DNA of 64,000 bases from Macrostomum lignano. Lineage: Eukaryota. Positions 26,720 through 37,863 of the stretch are shown here, piece by piece (within the stretch, counting starts at the first letter, position 1; every line of letters begins with the position of its first letter). A program made the position numbers and the translations under genes. The notes beneath the pieces are model-generated. The model was given only the letters and a program-made list of their open reading frames with translations. It was not told the DNA's origin and did no database searches. The DNA lies in NCBI GenBank assembly GCA_002269645.1, contig NIVC01003378.1, forward strand, positions 1 through 64,000. Direction: 5' to 3'.

Positions 26720-27195
26720 CAAAGACTAGATGTACGCTCGTACACTCGTACGCTGGCTCTCTTGTACTCGCCTTTCTTGTCCGTGCTGACGGCGAACATG
26801 CTTTGCTGGGCGGATTTGTCGCAGTCGACACCCTGAACCTTCTTCTAAGCTGAGTGCGGTGCCGTGGTCCTGCTCTTGCACACGCTGGCGAAGTGGTTGA
26901 GCTTCTCGCACTTCTGACATGCTTTGCCACGGGCAGCGAAGCGCGGGTCGCTGCCTGTGCGGTGGCCCGGCTTACCGCAGTGCAAACAGCTGGGCTCCTG
27001 CAATGGTCGCGCTGCCTGGCCTCTGGGGCCAATCGGAACTCTCTTGGCGTTGATCTTTCTGATGCTGTCGTCAGTTGCATTCTTACCGGTCAAGGACTTT
27101 TCACCTGGGCGGCAATCTGAATTGCTCCATCCAGGGTGAGCTCTTGCTCTAGCAGGAGGCGTTTACGCACCTTCGCTTATGAAGTGCCGAAGATC
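26720..27195 (-). pseudogene. Ty3/Gypsy gag fragment with double zinc knuckle (Mag-like)
   Basis: VRKRLLLEQELTLDGAIQIA followed by CLHCGKPGH..ARGKACQKCEKLNHFASVC. Confidence 0.75.
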
Positions 27196-27200
27196 AGTTC

Positions 27201-27456
27201 TGTAATGACTTAAGAACGAAGTCTTGATTAGCTATTGCACTGGGAAGTGGCTCCCGAGTGACAGACAGAAATAAGAGATGTGAGCCCGGACCGTGGCGTC
27301 CGGTTTGACTATATATTTGGGGGCTCCTGGGCCCCAACATAGAAAGGCGTGCTGTGGCACGAAACATACTCCTACGAATGGTACGAATGGTGGGAGTGGG
27401 CAGAAGGGGAGACTCCGATGAGTCAGTGAGGGGAACTAACAGGGTGCAAAATAACA
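27201..27456. mobile_element. Probable LTR (TG...CA), no TSD
   Basis: Begins TGTAATGACT, the same first 10 nt as the solo LTR at 31136, and ends ATAACA. Lies between gag and integrase fragments. Flanks do not match. Confidence 0.5.
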
Positions 27457-27489
27457 TTATTCAGTGGGAGCGGTAGACCCTGGCCAGGC

Positions 27490-27900
27490 TGTGGCCGCGA
27501 TCTCGGTAGCGGCAGCGGGAGCGGCAGGCAGGTGCGCCGGTGTCTCGGAGCCGAAGGCTGGCAGCGATAGCAGCTGATCCGTGTGCCGCCGCATAAGAGT
27601 GCCGTCTGCGCTCACTCGCCAGACTCGACGGTGCCCTCTTGCTAACGGTTGCTAGTGGTGCAATCTCGCAACAGCACTCGGTCTCCAGGTCGGAACATCC
27701 TGGCCTGCCTGGGCGACTGTTGAAGCGCTGACTCCTGCTGCTGGTGCCGGTTGCTGACGAGTGAGGGCGTTAGCAGATCAAGCCGGGATCGAAGTCGGCG
27801 CCCGAAGAACAGCTGGCTGGGAGCCGATACCGTGGATGAATGCGGCGTATTGCGATAGTGTAGTGCATACGCCCTTGTAGGTTGGCAGGGCGCGTTGCAC
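27490..27900 (-). pseudogene. Ty3/Gypsy integrase C-terminal fragment
   Basis: Minus-strand translation gives QLFFGRRLRSRLDLLTP..MFRPGDRVLLRD..DGTLMRRHTDQLL with stops and frameshifts. Confidence 0.7.
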
Positions 27901-28746
27901 TTTGGGGCTGGCTAGGGGAAGTTGGCGGGCGTGGCAGGGTCTGGCCGCCGGCCGGGCTTTGCGCGTGCCCCTCTCCAGCCGTGCCCCTGCCCCGGGCTCA
28001 GGGCTGGTTGGCTGCGGCCGGGCCAGCTTTGGCGCGGGTGCGGCCCCTCCCCCCCCCCTAGGCGGGGTTTTGATTGGCTGGCCGGCGCGGCCAGTCTATT
28101 TTTTGGGTAGTTTGTTTGTTTTGGTGGGCTTAGCCGGTGGGGCCGTCTGCCCCACGGTTTGGGGTATTTATGGTGCGACTCTGGGTTTGCCCACGCCCTG
28201 TGTGCTTTTTGTGTTTTGGTGTGCTCCGAGAGTGCAAGCGCGAGACTTGACGCAAAAAACAGCAACATTAGCTACTTCGATAAAAGAAACACAAAAGCCT
28301 AATCGAGAAGAAGTCAAACTGCGCTTGAGACCTACGAGCAAATCAATAAAACGTACGAACGGCAATTTGGCCATTGGTAAGCCGCCTGCTGCTTGAGTTC
28401 ATTCTTTTCTGGGGAGCTTGTTAGGCTGCAGGGAGTTCTTGCCAGAGCGTCATAACGCCGGGAGAGCATATAGCGTATTGTAGTACTACCGGCTACTCTA
28501 TATAGTGTGTACAACCTACAGTATCGAGACTAGAAGCACTCGAGAGTGTCACCACACCTCGAGCCGCAGCGTGAACTCTGAGTGTCATGTCACAACACCA
28601 GAGGGATCGAACTATTATCGCAGAGCGTCGTCACGCCTGCTCGTATCCATAAAAGTACAGACAGAGCGTCACTACGCCTGTATATTACGCATAATATATA
28701 TTGTATTCGGGACTGGGCACCCAAACCGACCCGGGTTACAACAAAT

Positions 28747-28764
28747 TGGCGCCCGAACAGGGAC
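28747..28764 (+). promoter_or_regulatory. Primer-binding site complementary to the 3' end of tRNA-Lys(UUU)
   Basis: TGGCGCCCGAACAGGGAC, the canonical 18-nt tRNA-Lys3 PBS, 3 nt after the LTR end. Confidence 0.92.
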
Positions 28765-28799
28765 CCTGTCGTCCCTCTGAGTAGAAGTCTGATAGACCG

Positions 28800-29092
28800 T
28801 GATAGATTGTCAGCGACTGCAAGCTATTATCAGCGATTGTCAGCGGCTGCAAGTGATTATCAGCGATTTTCAGCGACTGCAAGCGATTGTCAGCAACTGT
28901 ACGCGATTGTCAACGGTTGTAAGCGATTGTCAGCGTTTGTCAGCGACTGCAAGCGATTGTCAGCAACTGTACGCGATTGTCAGCAACTGTACGCGATTGT
29001 CAACGGTTGTAAGCGATTGTCAGCGACGGTTAGCGATTGTCAGTGATTGTCAGCGACTGTAAGCGATTTTCAGCGATCGTCAGCGATTTTCA
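28800..29092. repeat. Degenerate tandem minisatellite (GATTGTCAGC / GACTGCAAGC units) in the Gypsy 5' leader
   Basis: Repeated GATTGTCAGCGACTGCAAGC and GATTGTCAGCAACTGTACGC variants. Confidence 0.9.
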
Positions 29093-31135
29093 GCGATGGA
29101 CGGCGAAGCGATGGACGTTCGAGTGTCCGATTCGGTGAGAGAGAGGCTCTTCCTACAGCAGCCAGCGGATCTGACGGATGCAATCCGGACAGTTAGGCAA
29201 CTGGAGGCAGCGCAGAAAGCGTCAGCATCGCAACATAAACCTAAGCCAAGAGGTGGACTGAATGTGTTCTCAACCGCCCAAGAACATCCGGGAGCCGAAG
29301 AGGTGCGGCAGCTGAGGGCGAAAATGGAGAGGATGGAAGAGACGATCCGCCAGTTGCAGCAGGGCCCCGTCAATGCAGCCGGTCCCCAAAGAGCCGCCGA
29401 ACCAACCGGTACAGGCCCACACCAGGACACAGTCGCGTGTCTATCACAAGGCCCTCCACAGGCATCTGGCGCCACCGGAGGCTCGGCTCCGAAAAGGGTC
29501 ACCTGTTTTCGGTGCGGGAAAACCGGGCATCTCTCGTTTAATTGCAAGCAGCAGGAAAAAGCCAACAGGAACTCACGTCCTGGAGGCCACTGAGTTCCTG
29601 CAATCATCCTGCCTCCACCAGCAGCACCCAGCATCATCAGCAACTCATCGACAGCACCCAGCATCATCAGCAACTCATCGACAGCACCATGCATCATCAG
29701 CAACTCGTGCCCGGCAACAAGGATCATCAACCTGGCGCTAGTATCAAGCATCACGAAGTCCCCAGCGCCAGCCTCAACAACCCTAGCATCAAAGGCCGCC
29801 ATCAAGCTAATGTCATTTTCACCGGTCACTCTCAGCATGGCATTCAGTTGGGCTCGTCGGCCCTTTATGTGACAGCAACGGTGTCCGGCAGGAAGCTCAA
29901 TGCGCTCATTGATTCAGGAGCTTCGTGTACAATCATGTCAGAAGAGGCCTTTGAAAGACTACCGAAACGAGAGATCGAAGTCCTTTCGAAGCTAGACGGC
30001 GGTATCAGCATGGCGAACGGCGCTACGGTCGAGGTCCTAGGCACAGCTTTACTCTCATTAAGAATCGCGGGCGAGACAATCCCTACGGTCGTGGCGGTCG
30101 TCTCGGGAATCAAGTATCAGCTGGTGATAGGCTCCGACTTCTTCAGGCAGAATAACTGCATTATTGATTACAAGAAGGCAGTCATAAAAAATCAACGAAA
30201 GGGCGATCCCGTTCCGGTGGCAAGAAGAGCATCCAACGACATGTCGGATTTTTGCAGATCGTTATAGCACGCTTCCCCCCGGCCATCAGGTTATCTTGCC
30301 TGGGAAACTCGACCGGAGATGGAAGAAGAACAGAGGATGTGTCGGCTTGACAGAAAATTTTGCGGGAAGCACCCTTACTTCTGGACAACGCCTGGTGAAG
30401 CCTGTAGGTGCCTACAGAAGTAGGACGCGTACCAGTCTGCTTGATGAATCTTACAGACGAGCCTGTGAAGCTGAAAAAGGGCAGTGTGCTAGGTTGGTAC
30501 TTCCCGCTGGACCCCACGGAGCCACTGAACAACTTAAAGATCCACTTAATGGAGCCTACAGAGAAGACCGACTAGCAAGACGAAAACGACGGAGATGAGA
30601 TCGAACTCATTCCAAACGAGTATGGTACCTTTGGCCTCTCTCCCGAGGAGGACAAGGAATTTAAAAACTTGGTTAGCAATTTCAAGGACGTGTTCGTTAC
30701 ATCACAGTCACCGTGCCGGAAGACAAGCGTCGTCGAACACGAGATCGAGACTGGAGCGTCTCGACGATCAAAATCCCGCCAAGACGATTGCCACCGCATC
30801 TCGCGGAGGAGGTGAATCGTCAGATTGACGGACTGCTCAAAGACGGACAAATCGAAGAAGCGCAGTCACCTTGGTGTTCGCCGCTCGTCTGTGTGAGGAA
30901 GAAAACCGGGGAAATCAGACTTTGCGTGGACTATAGAAAGCTGAATGAAGTGACGGTGAAAGACGCGGTCCCGATGCCTCGAGTCGATGATGCCCTGGAG
31001 GCTCTTCACGGGCGAAGATTTTCTCCACCATGGACTTGCATAGTGGCTTCTGGCAGGTGAGCGTCAAAGAAGCCGATCGAGGGAAGACTGCATTCGCTGT
31101 ACCAAATAGAGGCCAGTTCAAATGGAGGTCATGCC

Positions 31136-31387
31136 TGTAATGACTCAGAAGTCAGTCTCAATTTTGCAGTGCGAAACGCTTGGCCCTCCAAGTAGGGCGA
31201 GAGCGCCGATATATATTTTTTGGCTTTAGGTCTCGACCAATCACGTGCGGCCGCGTAGGCATAACAGGCATAAAAAGGGGGGAGGAAAGCCAGGGGTACA
31301 GTGTACACAAACTAAGTACAGTGCGTGAGCACCCCACACTGCTAGGCACCCCGTCTAAACAAGCGAGTGCAGGGCTGCGGCATGACA
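31136..31387. mobile_element. Solo LTR (252 bp) inserted into the RT coding sequence
   Basis: TGTAATGAC...CATGACA with a perfect 5-bp TSD ATGCC on both sides. Removing it restores RT V-M-P-F-G. Confidence 0.9.
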
Positions 31388-31827
31388 ATGCCGTTCGGAG
31401 TAGAATGCATGAGGGGGCTTTTGGGACAAATTTTTAACGTCCTCCATAATCCCTTTAAATCCATCCATATTATCCCCGACAGAATCAGAAAAAAGGCGGG
31501 GGTCGCACTTGCTCCGAAAACTTCGGAAATAATCCCATTAAATCCATCCATATTATCCCTGAATCAGAAAAAAAGAGGGTCGCACTTGCACCGAAAACTT
31601 CGAACATAATCCTCCTAAATCCATCCATTTTATCCCTGACAGAATCAAAGCATAGCAGGTGTCCTACATAATCCACTGACATCCACCCACAGTATCTTCG
31701 AAACAACCAGAAAATAATCTACATTCTTCTCCCCACATTCAATTCGCAACGCGAAACCAGATCCCTAAGACTTTAAATCATTAGCGCAGGGTCCTTACCC
31801 TTTGAAAAATCTAAATTTTCTCTAAAA

Positions 31828-32067
31828 ATGCTTCCAATCGTCTCTCCAGGTTCTTATTACAAAGCGCACGAGCCTAATTACAAGAGTAAGTACCAATGCA
31901 AACTAGAATGCAGCGAGTACATGAGAAAATATTGGCCCGGTGTTGATATCAATGTCCCTAATATTAATCAAGCTCTCCGAAGTCACTGGTTTCTTAAGTA
32001 TGGAGTAACCTACGTAAAAGATTACGACAGCTACAATAACTCTGCAGCAATCATTAAGCAATTGTGA
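31828..32067 (+). CDS. 79-aa hypothetical protein, probably Polinton-encoded
   Basis: Clean ATG-to-stop ORF ending 7 bp from the stop of the convergent penton-like gene. Confidence 0.5.
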   Translation: MLPIVSPGSYYKAHEPNYKSKYQCKLECSEYMRKYWPGVDINVPNINQALRSHWFLKYGVTYVKDYDSYNNSAAIIKQL

Positions 32068-32074
32068 TTTTTTC

Positions 32075-32783
32075 TCACATTCTCTCAATGATCAACGTCA
32101 ATACAAACTCTTCACCGTTGAAATCAACGCCAACACCATCTTCAGTCTCAAACTGTAGCACAATCTCGTGAATCTCCTTATTACTCAATGCAACTCTTTT
32201 CACTGGATTTGGTTTCTCTACCAGCATCTGTCCTCCAGCTACAGAGTTAGAGATGTTGTAAAAATATTCGTTCGCTTTCCCTTAAATACCCAATCAAGAC
32301 TGAGATTATACTTCTGATTAGAATATTCAAACCCTTTACAATGTCTGCAATATTGGGTGCTAAGAACAAACCGCTTACACTTTCCCGGACCATTCTAACA
32401 GTCCCCGATGCTTGAGTGGCGGTCCGCGCCGCGGATTCTGCCTTATAAACTTTCTTCTCGAATCCCAATTCCATATACCAAGTGTCATCTTTAAACTCAA
32501 CCTCCGCATCTTTGTGAACTTGCATGACCACTCTCATTACAGTGAGATCATAGGTTAGTTTGACAGGGAACAGTTTCTTCTCTGGCTTACTCGCATCAGG
32601 TGTCTCAAAATGGCCTCTTTTAGTAAAGACATTTTCTAGAAAGTTATTGTAGGTATCCACACTTTGCGTGCTCACAGGGAATACCACAGCTTCTACTGCC
32701 GCAACTTTCCATTTGTAATAAAACTTATTATTGCTGCCGTCACATTGGGAACGTTTGACCAACTAGTGAAGTCGTTAAGATAG
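32075..32783 (-). pseudogene. Polinton/adintovirus-type minor capsid (penton) gene, 5'-truncated and frameshifted
   Basis: Joined frames read NDFTSWSNVPNV / NNKFYYKWK..VFPVSTQSVDTYNNFL..ELGFEKK.. / GGQMLVEKPNPVKRVALSNKEIHEIVLQFETEDGVGVDFNGEEFVLTLIIERM*. The C-terminal DFNGE..L.I pattern is typical of Polinton pentons. Confidence 0.7.
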
Positions 32784-32944
32784 AGTAGAATACATGAGGG
32801 GGCTTCTGGGACAATTTTTTAACGTCCTCCATAATCCCATTAAATCCATCCATATTATCCCCGACAGAATCAGAAAAAAATGGGGGGTCGCAGTTGCTCC
32901 GAAAAATTCGAACATAATCCCATTAAATCCATCCATATTATCCC

Positions 32945-34056
32945 ATTGCATTGCAATCAGTTATTCATTAATTTTTCGCTATTTTTACAAACCATCATAC
33001 ATTGTCTCAGGCGCCGCGGAACGAGTTTTTGCCAGGGGGGGCAGGACCAAGTTTCCGAAACTCAAGCCCAGACCCTGTCTTGGACAATGACCAAAAATTT
33101 GAGCAAAATTATGCTGTTGAACGGTATTTGAGGGGGGCAATGTGCCCCCCCCCCCCCCCCCTGTTCCGCGGCGCCTGCATTGTCTTGACTTTTGATTTGC
33201 CATCCACTGTTAAACTGCTGCAGACTTGTGTCTATACAGAGGACAGTGGTTTGAATCTCTCGCTAAACTGTCTCTCTTCTCTACGCCTCTCCACTCGCGG
33301 GGGTACAGAAAAGGCTATTAAAAAGTTATTCCAAAATACTGTACATTCGCTATGTACATTGAGCCCTATCGCCTGACCTTTTCTTTGTCTGGGCTGGGGG
33401 AATGAGTGAGTGAGCGGCACAAACAACAGAAAAAGCAGACAAACTTCACATCATGCTTATAGTTTCCGTCCTGATTAAGATACAGAGTTGAGACTTTACA
33501 TTTAGACAGAGAATGAGTCAATAAAGAATTGAAGAATTGTGTCAAATTTGAAGCCAATCGCCTCACGTGGAGCAAAGTATGGCAGCCGAAAGTTAGTCAT
33601 TTTAAAACCTATTTACACCCTTTGCCCAGAACGGGAGAGGCAGGCGGGCGGAGGTTGGGGTGGCTGCCTCGACGAAAAAAAACAGCCTAACTTTAAAAGT
33701 GCACAGCGCCGTTCAGAATTAACTTTAAATTATTTTAATACTCGAAATTTTACACGATTGTGTCAAAATAGTTGAAGATTGTTTGTGTCAAATTTGAAGA
33801 AAATCGGTAGAAGTGGAGCGGCGCTATGGAGGATTTAGTGAAAAAATCGCGCATTTTGAGCAGTTTTTTGTACTTTTTGGTAGGAAGACTTGAGTCTAGG
33901 AAATTAAAAGGTAGCCTAAGGCATTCTCCGTAGTAAGTTTAGAGTGGGTGTAAAGTTTGGTGTCATTTGGTTGAGCGGTTTGGGAGTCCATAGCGATCAA
34001 AATTGTCCACACAGACACACAGACACACAGACAGAGTTTTGATTTTTATATGTAGA
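32945..34056 (+). mobile_element. Non-autonomous Helentron/DINE-1-like element (HINE-type), partial copy 1
   Basis: Clearly similar to 39875-40797. Ends with a (CAGA/CACA)n microsatellite then GAGTTTTGATTTTTATATGTAGA. Confidence 0.65.
33008..33177. mobile_element. hAT-type MITE (170 bp)
   Basis: 15-bp TIR CAGGCGCCGCGGAAC / GTTCCGCGGCGCCTG with a perfect 8-bp TSD CATTGTCT. Confidence 0.92.
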
Positions 34057-34156
34057 AAAATTAAAATAACCTAAAGCCTGCTCCGGAAAATTTGCAGTTT
34101 TCCCATATAAGTTTCGACGCTGACTTGCCAGAATTGTAGGAGTTCACTTGCAACAT

Positions 34157-34191
<35 letters not shown>

Positions 34192-34369
34192 TCGTCTGTA
34201 TAAGGAGATGAAAAAAGTAGAATGCTACACTTTTGCAATAAAAGCCTTATAAAATTCAACAAAGCAATAATGCTTTCAATTTATATCAAAATATATCAAC
34301 TTCACTGCTTCTTCAACTCAAATTTAGCTATCTATTTCGCATAAAAAAACATTATATTCTTCTATCTTG

Positions 34370-36918
34370 CTAGTTCCACCAGTGAACGAGCCGAGAGAAC
34401 CCGAGGCCCCGCCAGGGGCCGAGGGCGAGTGAATAATTTAGGCTAGAAAGTATTTACGAGTAAATAAGTTAGACTCTAATGCATTTTGAAATTTCACGTT
34501 TTTTCGCCAAAAAATGCTCCTGTTTTGCAACCACTGCACGGATTGAGTTGAGTGAGGTGTCGATCGATAGAAAACTTTTAGATCTATCGAATGAATATAC
34601 TTTTAAGTGCAGAGATTTTATTACTAAGCCGTAAATTAAGGGGAAAGACGATTTTTTCAAAAGTGCTTCTAGGAGATCTCAAAATTCTGGTACACCTTAC
34701 GAGATACGGCTTCGACATCTGAAGATCAAAGTTGTAAAACTAAATTTCCTACAAAATAGTATATGGCGCTTTAATTTATTTCGACATATTTATTCAGTTT
34801 TGGTGAGTTTTTTGGGTAAAAAAGTCACCCTCATTTTATTATTTTGCCACTTTTTCCTACAAAGGTTTTTGAGTTTGGGCTTCAAAGCAGTGCAGTTAGA
34901 TGCGCAATGCAAAAATCTACAAGTGTCTAAAGTTTTGTTTTCCTACGATTCTGCAGTGCTGAGAAAATCGATAAAGATCGATTTTTCAAAAAATCACATG
35001 ACTTTCGTATTATTGCTCATTATAATTTTGAGAACATGGTGCGAATAATCCGATTTCGAATTTCTATAGCATAGTTGCTGTACTATATTGGTTTGGATTT
35101 CCGCCGTCTGATTTGGCTGCTTTCGGGTTGAAAAATCGATCAGAAATCGATAATTTGTGATTTTTGGCTGATTGGGTGCCAGAAAAATGGGTGATTAAAT
35201 TTTTTAAAGAATGGTAGATCAAATGCGGATACTGCAACGAGTTGTACTAATGTCTGGCTAAAATCGACCAAGTTTTTGAGTGTCTGCAACAAGTGCTCAT
35301 GTGTCAAAAGTGATTGGAAATCGATCAGAGTAGTGATTTTTTAATATTTTGCTTGAAATCAGGCAAAAAACGCAATAGGACGGCAATATTTTAATGACGT
35401 CTGATTTCCCACATAACGAGGCACATTTGTGTGCAATTTCTAGAGATTCGGTTCATTGGGTAAAAAATTATCGATAAAAAACTGAAAACTTGACTTTTTA
35501 CTTTTATGTTAGTTCCGGGGCTATTTAAACTGGAAATGGTAGGAATTTTGCACTGAAATCAATGCACAGTGTTCCATATAGTTAATTTAACAAATTTCTT
35601 GAATTTCATAACCATTCGATGTTTTTTTCATGTAAAAAATGCCTTTTTTGCATCGAAATTCATCACATTAAGCTGCATACCGCTTTGCATAATCTGCATT
35701 TGCATGCGATTGCTTGCATAGCTTTGGCGTTAGGCTAAGTTAAGCTGGTTAGAAAGGAAAGGAAAGGAAAGGAAAGGAAGGAATATTCGTACATACAATG
35801 TACACACCCGTCCCTTCCAAGTGGGGTTGTGGCAACGCGAGAGGGCTTGGCGGCTTGGTTTGGAGGGCGTGTAATAGAGCTTCATTTGACTCGCGCACAG
35901 ACCAAGGCAAATTAGATCGATAAACGGGCGTCACGTGATTTGACGCCTGATTTGCCTGATTTCAAGCAAAATATTAAAAAATCACTACTCTGATCGATTT
36001 CCAATCACTTTTGACACATGAGCACTTGTTGCAGACACTCAAAAACTTGGTCGATTTTAGCCAGACATTAGTACAACTCGTTGCAGTATCCGCATTTGAT
36101 CTACCATTCTTTAAAAAATTTAATCACCCATTTTTCTGGCACCCAATCAGCCAAAAATCACAAATTATCGATTTCTGATCGATTTTTCAACCCGAAAGCA
36201 GCCAAATCAGACGGCGGAAATCCAAACCAATATAGTACAGCAACTATGCTATAGAAATTCGAAATCGGATTATTCGCACCATGTTCTCAAAATTATAATG
36301 AGCAATAATACGAAAGTCATGTGATTTTTTGAAAAATCGATCTTTATCGATTTTCTCAGCACTGCAGAATCGTAGGAAAACAAAACTTTAGACACTTGTA
36401 GATTTTTGCATTGCGCATCTAACTGCACTGCTTTGAAGCCCAAACTCAAAAACCTTTGTAGGAAAAAGTGGCAAAATAATAAAATGAGGGTGACTTTTTT
36501 ACCCAAAAAACTCACCAAAACTGAATAAATATGTCGAAATAAATTAAAGCGCCATATACTATTTTGTAGGAAATTTAGTTTTACAACTTTGATCTTCAGA
36601 TGTCGAAGCCGTATCTCGTAAGGTGTACCAGAATTTTGAGATCTCCTAGAAGCACTTTTGAAAAAATCGTCTTTCCCCTTAATTTACGGCTTAGTAATAA
36701 AATCTCTGCACTTAAAAGTATATTCATTCGATAGATCTAAAAGTTTTCTATCGATCGATACCTCACTCAACTCAATCCGTGCAGTGGTTGCAAAACAGGA
36801 GCATTTTTTGGCGAAAAAACGTGAAATTTCAAAATGCATTAGAGTCTAACTTATTTACTCGTAAATACTTTCTAGCCTTCGGCGGCGCCGGGCTCGGCTC
36901 GTTCACTGGTGGAACTAG
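34370..36918. mobile_element. Foldback-like element with about 1-kb near-identical inverted arms (34370-35367 and 35951-36918) and a 580-bp spacer
   Basis: 26-bp terminal IR CTAGTTCCACCAGTGAACGAGCCGAG. Arms yield identical spurious ORFs on opposite strands (MVSFLGKK.., MKKSSFPL..). No transposase. Confidence 0.9.
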
Positions 36919-37863
36919 GTTTATTAAGTAGTATGAAGACCCACGTCTAAAAAGAAGCCCGTTCACTGGTGGCAAAAAGACGTGTGCGTCTTCATACTAC
37001 TTGTGTATTTACGCAAAAATTTGGCCTCCAGCCCAATTTCCACAAAAGCCAAATGTAATGTCCTTCTACTCTAGTTGTCCATGAATAAATGTTGGCAATG
37101 TCCTAGTTTCCCGCGTTAAATTAGGATCTGTATAAAAGCAGGGCACCATTGGCACATTGGACACCCCTTATGTTAACAAAAATCGAGTTTTGATCGTTGT
37201 TTTGCTTGAATAAATATACTTTGGCTTTCGAATGAAAATGTAAATATTTATTTATAATTGCACTTTTTCATATACTTCTAACAACCATGAGATTGGTAGT
37301 GTAGCGACTTTGAAATGAAAAAGGTAGAGCTAGGCGGTGGTTCGCCCTTGCTTGCTTCTTTGTTTGGCACTTGAGTTGCTCGAATATCAAAGAGGCTTGG
37401 AGCAGATGCTGGTTTAGCTACTGTATATTTATACTATAATTTGTCCTTCCGGAAATTTCTAGAATCATTCTAGTGCGGTAAAACAAACTGTATAGTAAGT
37501 ATCGTACGCACGGTATTCATATTTTGTATGATGATGAATTACAGTAAATGAATATTTATTGAGTAGAAATATTTACTACGAGATTAGAAATAGATAGATA
37601 AAGAATTTTCAAGAATTTAACTCGTACTGTATAGCAGAAATTTCTGGAAGTAAACATCATACGTTATAGAACTTTCGCGAAGGTCACTACAACAGTCCCC
37701 CCGCGGAAGATGGAGTCCCTATGAGTCAGTTGATCGCGGATGAGTATGTACAAGATGAAACGCACTGCATGTAGGTCTGCGGATGAAAATTGTACAATGA
37801 GAAAGCGTCAGCTGTTAGTGGGTAAAGAGTTAGTCAAAAGTAGAAATAGTCATTTTTAGGTTT

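Larger units (their letters stand above)
28419..31398 (+). mobile_element. Truncated, decayed Ty3/Gypsy retrotransposon: LTR about 28419-28743, PBS, partial gag, protease, N-terminal half of RT
   Basis: LTR-like TGTTAGG..TACAACA. gag has CFRCGKTGHLSFNC, protease has LIDSGAS, RT has SPWCSPLVCVRKK..RLCVDYRKLN..KTAF..VMPFG in broken frames. The sequence stops at MPFG (31398). Confidence 0.88.
31399..32945. mobile_element. Polinton/Maverick terminal fragment: repeat-rich terminal sequence (31399-31640), small ORF, penton-like pseudogene, second partial terminal copy (32784-32945)
   Basis: Two direct copies start AGTAGAAT(G/A)CATGAGGGGG and contain about 85-90-bp internal repeats (AAATCCATCCATATTATCCC..GGGTCGCA..CCGAAAA). 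Compact convergent ORFs lie between them. Confidence 0.7.

Noticed and set aside
27902-28396. 164-aa GC-rich ORF and overlapping minus-strand ORF
   Set aside because: Low-complexity, LTR/UTR-like sequence with no motif. Only the last 30 or so codons resemble a pol terminus.
28800-29092. CRISPR-like regularly spaced repeats
   Set aside because: Eukaryotic context, no unique spacers; it is a degenerate minisatellite. The same applies to the repeats at 31440-31640 and 55010-55073.
34469-36849. Duplicated ORFs MVSFLGKK.. and MKKSSFPL.. as a gene pair
   Set aside because: They are duplicated only because they lie in the inverted arms, have non-ATG starts and show no protein features.
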